Positions 60,244 through 64,000 of a stretch of 64,000 nucleotides of DNA are shown in pieces (position 1 is the stretch's first letter; each line of letters begins with the position of its first letter). A program made the position numbers and the translations under genes. The stretch lies in NCBI GenBank assembly GCA_963667015.2, contig CAXXJJ010000004.1, forward strand, positions 480,001 through 544,000, written 5' to 3'. Below the pieces are notes generated by a model that was given only the letters and a program-made list of their open reading frames with translations, did no database searches and was not told where the DNA came from. This DNA is from Desulfatiglandales bacterium. Lineage in GTDB: Bacteria > Desulfobacterota > DSM-4660 > Desulfatiglandales > HGW-15.

Positions 60244-60933
60244 TTATCTATTTCTAGAATAACATTCAGGTTGTTTAACCGCTTGAAGCCTATCAAATAA
60301 CTTTTGTCTTTTAATTCTCATAATATTTAATGTGTTTTTTTGGATATTTTTATTTTGTAATATTTTTTTTAAAACATCAGTTATATGTGAGTTATTTTTT
60401 AAAAGTAATCCGGTCTTAAAAGCGGCTATCAAATAACATTCTAAATATTTCTCTGGTAAATCTAACAATGATCCAAGTAAATTTTCTTTTTTAAAAATAA
60501 ATATATCTTTGAAAATATTCAATTTAATAATGTCCTTTATTTCTAGGTTTTCGTCTAAAACAGCATATTCTTTCATCAACTCAGGAGGAATTATATCTTT
60601 TTTTGTAACAAGTAGAGCATCAATATCGCTTGGCCCAACGATCAGCTCTTCTTTTTGTTTGTTTCCAACTTTTTTTATTGAAAACGAGAAGTTAGACTCG
60701 CGACCAACAATATAAGATCCCCATAACAATATACAATCCATACTTGCTTCATTAGACTTAAACCATTGGACAATGCGCAGTAGATCTGAAGGTAATTTTG
60801 CAGTGCAGCCAGAAAAAGCTAAATTAATATGTCTAATCCTATGTTGGTCCGGCAATGCAATAATTTTTTCATGCCTTATCAGGTGCTCAATTAAAAGCTT
60901 TTTGAAATTTACTTTTGACCATTTTAAATCCAT
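60244..60933 (-). CDS. Pol-beta-type nucleotidyltransferase domain protein
   Basis: ILLWGS...SDIDALLV (hGS...DxD) with an insertion between the motifs. Confidence 0.65.
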   Translation of the reverse strand: MDLKWSKVNFKKLLIEHLIRHEKIIALPDQHRIRHINLAFSGCTAKLPSDLLRIVQWFKSNEASMDCILLWGSYIVGRESNFSFSIKKVGNKQKEELIVGPSDIDALLVTKKDIIPPELMKEYAVLDENLEIKDIIKLNIFKDIFIFKKENLLGSLLDLPEKYLECYLIAAFKTGLLLKNNSHITDVLKKILQNKNIQKNTLNIMRIKRQKLFDRLQAVKQPECYSRNR

Positions 60934-60948
60934 TTTAATAATAAACCG

Positions 60949-62106
60949 TCAATTTATGATTCCAATAGCTGGAAATCGTTCATAAAAATCTGGGCAAGAT
61001 ATCTTAATCGATTGCTCTTTTAATGTTTCGATTATTTTATAATAATAAAATAATGAGTTAGCTTCCTTATTTCTTATTTGAAATTGCTTGTCTGTTTGTG
61101 GGGTGAAAAGGTTAAGTCCAATAGAATTTATTTTATCGGAAAATAATTGAATCATCTCATAAAAACCATGAAGTGAATCTAGGCCGGCGATATAGTTTAT
61201 TCTTATTTGGCAAAAACCTTTTTGTTTTGCAGCGTTTAATATACTGTAAACTTTCTCAACCTTAAGGCCTTTGTATGAACTCATAATTTTATCTCTGTTT
61301 TCATAGCATTCAAATGTGTAACAAAAATCATCACCATCTACAATATCATAAAACTCGCTTATTTGAGTTGGATTCCTTATTTCCTGTGCTAAGGCAGTAT
61401 ACTTCCCACTAAACCCATTTAGGCGTAAAGCTTCTTTAAGCCTTTTACAATAATCGAGGTATGTATTAGTGTTGCCAAATAATTCTGTAGCTAATAGTAC
61501 ATGTTTTGCATTTGAGATAAAGTCTACCCCATAAACATTTATAGTCCTATCTATCAATTCATTAATTGTCCAACGTTTCCGATTAATCGTTTCTTCCTTT
61601 GTTGGAAGATGATAGCAACGATGGCAAAAGACACAATTTCCAGGGCATCGCCCCGTATTTAAAGGATTGAACCTAATAAAGTCAAAGGAGTATATACCGT
61701 TCTTCTGTGGAAAATAGAAACCATTATTCCGATCATTTTCATTATGACTAACTGGGTAGAGTTTGATATCAAGAGGCCATTTATCTAGATAAAGTTCATT
61801 CTTTACTAGTGAGAACGGAGTTTGTTTTTGTTGTTGTAGGATCACTTTAATTACTTTCGATTCAAATCTTAAGGAAACTTCTTTATATCTAATCAAGCCT
61901 TGCCTCGAACCTTTTCTATGCATTGCATATAATACCGGGTTCTCGTTTTCTATTGCCAAACCATTAATTTGTACAAATGTTACTATAAGGTTAATGTAGT
62001 CATCATAAGGTAATAATGACACAAGACTGACAAACTCTTGATAAAAATGTTTTTCCATAAATAAATCAAGTTGTACTATAAAATCTTCTCCCCATTCATT
62101 TATCAA
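60949..62106 (-). CDS. Radical SAM protein, unknown subfamily
   Basis: CPGNCVFC (CxxxCxxC), TFECYENR, NYIAGLD barrel motifs; N-terminal extension; no obvious SPASM Cys set. Confidence 0.8.
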   Translation of the reverse strand: MINEWGEDFIVQLDLFMEKHFYQEFVSLVSLLPYDDYINLIVTFVQINGLAIENENPVLYAMHRKGSRQGLIRYKEVSLRFESKVIKVILQQQKQTPFSLVKNELYLDKWPLDIKLYPVSHNENDRNNGFYFPQKNGIYSFDFIRFNPLNTGRCPGNCVFCHRCYHLPTKEETINRKRWTINELIDRTINVYGVDFISNAKHVLLATELFGNTNTYLDYCKRLKEALRLNGFSGKYTALAQEIRNPTQISEFYDIVDGDDFCYTFECYENRDKIMSSYKGLKVEKVYSILNAAKQKGFCQIRINYIAGLDSLHGFYEMIQLFSDKINSIGLNLFTPQTDKQFQIRNKEANSLFYYYKIIETLKEQSIKISCPDFYERFPAIGIIN

Positions 62107-62875
62107 TCCCTTTATCTCCTATTGCATATATTTGGTAACCATATAAGATCCTATCTTGAGTACTTAAATGTTCTTCTAATCTACACAGTTCTTTAATATC
62201 TTTCTCTGTAAAATTTGCTCTATTTGTTGTTGGTGCTATATCCATAACAAATTTTTTGTGTTCTTTATTCTCATTTAGTCTTTCAGAAACAGTAAATACA
62301 CCCCTTCCGCCGTATTCAATGATATCTGCTTTTATAAGACCCATTAAAGAATTAAGATTGTATTCGTAATGACCAGATGAGTCTTTTGAGTAAATATGGT
62401 AAAAAGCACTGCTTCGAACATAATTAGGCACCTCAATATGGACAAATCTTTTCGAACATCTTGCCATTTCTTTGATTAAAATCTCTTGCTCATATTTTGG
62501 GTAATGTTCTATTAATCCAACTGAAAATATATACTCAAAAGATTTCGTAAAAAAAGGTAATGAGAAGGAATCTGCTTTTAATACTTTTACACTTGAGTTG
62601 AAATATTTACATAAAAGTCTAGTGAATTTGAGGCTTACATTAGAATAGTCCAAAGCATAACAATCAAAACCAAGTTTATTTAGCATATGTATTGTTAGAG
62701 ATCCTCCACATCCAACCTCTAAAATAGTAGAACCAGGGGGTAGTAGATTAACGATACAATTACACATAAGTGTTTGGATATAGAACTTGATAGGTAAAAT
62801 GTTCTCGAGTTTAATCGCCTTTTTTAGCCCATTTTTTGACTGTAAAAATTGCCGATATAAATATTCCATATTCAA
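62096..62875 (-). CDS. Class I SAM-dependent methyltransferase
   Basis: ILEVGCGGS, ALDYS, ADSFSLPF, SVGLIEHY, VPN. Confidence 0.88.
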   Translation of the reverse strand: MNMEYLYRQFLQSKNGLKKAIKLENILPIKFYIQTLMCNCIVNLLPPGSTILEVGCGGSLTIHMLNKLGFDCYALDYSNVSLKFTRLLCKYFNSSVKVLKADSFSLPFFTKSFEYIFSVGLIEHYPKYEQEILIKEMARCSKRFVHIEVPNYVRSSAFYHIYSKDSSGHYEYNLNSLMGLIKADIIEYGGRGVFTVSERLNENKEHKKFVMDIAPTTNRANFTEKDIKELCRLEEHLSTQDRILYGYQIYAIGDKGIDK

Positions 62876-63385
62876 TTAGTTGTTTTCTTTGTTATTTGAG
62901 CGCCTATAGCTGAGCCATTTCATGCTTAAATTATCCCATATTTCTTGGAATTTTTTTTCATATTTAGATAACTCCTCATGTTTAAGATCATTATCGTTTA
63001 GACCAGATAAATAGAAGCCATATTCATCTCTTAATCTACGAAATTTATATTCAGCTTCTTCATGTTCAATCCAGAATAGACGAAAGTTGAAGAATGGCTC
63101 TAAGCCGTTAAGGACTGTTATTACAGCACCAAGTATAAATGCTATCATCTTAAATGTTTCCTCATAACATTGGTTTTTAAAACCTAGGAAGATCGTTATT
63201 AGGCCAGCAAATATAATGGTTGCTATTTTAATTAGTGAAGAAGTCTTTTTAAATTTGTTAGATTTGGATTCTACCCTTTTTATTGAATCTTCTATACGTT
63301 TGGAAAGCCAATCAGATTTTTCGCGCAGGGTATTCTCTGTCCCAACTGCATGTGACTCACGTGATTGATTTTTGTTATCGTCCAT
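62876..63385 (-). CDS. SLATT/DUF4231-like two-TM protein
   Basis: N-terminal helix, two TM helices, then FFNFRLFWIEHEEAEYKFRRLRDEY helix; GAGG RBS. Confidence 0.7.
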   Translation of the reverse strand: MDDNKNQSRESHAVGTENTLREKSDWLSKRIEDSIKRVESKSNKFKKTSSLIKIATIIFAGLITIFLGFKNQCYEETFKMIAFILGAVITVLNGLEPFFNFRLFWIEHEEAEYKFRRLRDEYGFYLSGLNDNDLKHEELSKYEKKFQEIWDNLSMKWLSYRRSNNKENN

Positions 63386-63500
63386 TTTTTGACCTCTCTG
63401 TCTTATTCTTTACGTTAAAAATTATTTATTTTTACTATTCGTTAGATTTACCTTATACCGCTGTTTTTAAAAAATATAGAAACCACTAGTAAAGGGGTCT

Positions 63501-63528
63501 AAAGGGGTCAAATCTCCTATTAGCTCAT
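63501..63528 (+). repeat. 28-bp inverted-repeat arm right of the five-gene operon, preceded by a duplicated AAAGGGGTC
   Basis: AAAGGGGTCAAATCTCCTATTAGCTCAT. Confidence 0.92.
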
Positions 63529-63584
63529 AATGATGTTTTGCTCAATTTTACTGATTTTCATTTTTAATTTCTTGTCTGTAAAGT

Positions 63585-63670
63585 GGGACGTTGTTAGGTT
63601 ATAAGGTTGGCGTTAATAAACCTAACAACCTTACAGCGTCCCCATTTTCATTACAGCGTCCCCATTTTCA
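63585..63670. repeat. GGGACG-type hairpin element, copy 2, with a 20-bp tandem-duplicated end
   Basis: Matches 47741-47803; TTACAGCGTCCCCATTTTCA at 63631-63650 and 63651-63670. Confidence 0.85.
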
Positions 63671-63678
63671 GATCTCTA

Positions 63679-64000
63679 TCAAATAGCTTTATCTGGAATC
63701 CTTGGCAAACCCTGTCGCTGCAGATATAAGGAATATCTTTGTTGAACACGAGTAATATATGGCGGTTGGAGTCGACCGATTCTTTTATTCTTTATGTCCT
63801 TCCATTTCTTTTTCGTGATATCTTTAAACCGAAAGTCAAATGTATTCCCATTTAACATACTAAATACAATCGTTTGATTATCTAATTCACTAAAGTTTCC
63901 ATATTTTTTATTAAAAGTTTCTTTTTCTTTTTTAGGAGAAAGCTTTGAACCTTTTAGTAAGTATAATTCAACATCATCAATACTTGAATTGGTATTGTTT
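63679..64000 (-). CDS. C-terminus of an AT-rich hypothetical protein entering from beyond the window
   Basis: Open frame ...FDFRFKDI...RIGRLQPPYITRVQQRYSLYLQRQGLPRIPDKAI*; stop 8 bp from the hairpin element. Confidence 0.65.
   Translation of the reverse strand, partial: NNTNSSIDDVELYLLKGSKLSPKKEKETFNKKYGNFSELDNQTIVFSMLNGNTFDFRFKDITKKKWKDIKNKRIGRLQPPYITRVQQRYSLYLQRQGLPRIPDKAI

Noticed and set aside
60949..62106. Radical SAM as a prokaryotic viperin
   Set aside because: Lacks the viperin-like CNYxCxFCF and GGEP context; left unassigned
60244..63385. Canonical CBASS operon
   Set aside because: The NTase is short (229 aa) and lacks a recognisable CD-NTase C-lobe; no Cap2/Cap3 or known Cap effector
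1..64000. tRNA or rRNA genes
   Set aside because: No cloverleaf with a T-loop motif or rRNA-like segment recognised by eye; tRNAscan-SE/barrnap would be decisive

Overview
This looks like a chromosomal window from an anaerobic deltaproteobacterium, probably Desulfobacterota (inferred from gene content such as DUF4911-nadK-miaB, a ParB-like/SplB-like pair and a TIGR04076-like protein). 1-27.7 kb is mostly housekeeping: rfbD, an SplB-like radical SAM, NifU, a 29-aa bS22 missed by the ORF track, a diguanylate cyclase, miaB, nadK, an MTA/purine salvage cluster, a large PBP1A, an aminopeptidase, two GH57 enzymes and a MATE pump. 27.7-32.8 kb is a GC-richer block of secreted esterase-like proteins with duplicated sigma70 promoters. 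From about 33 kb the window is accessory. From about 40 kb it is organised by short palindromic elements ending in GGGGTC/GACCCC or GGGAC/GTCCC. These sit right after stop codons, coincide with gene truncations, and bracket AT-rich cargo as matched inverted pairs. The cargo includes a Dsr1-like sirtuin, a HEPN-like gene, a complete IS21 (7-bp TSD) and a five-gene operon (SLATT-like 2TM, methyltransferase, radical SAM, nucleotidyltransferase, HAD phosphatase). That operon is the best candidate for an undescribed nucleotide-based defence system. All calls come from reading the sequence by eye; no database searches were run.
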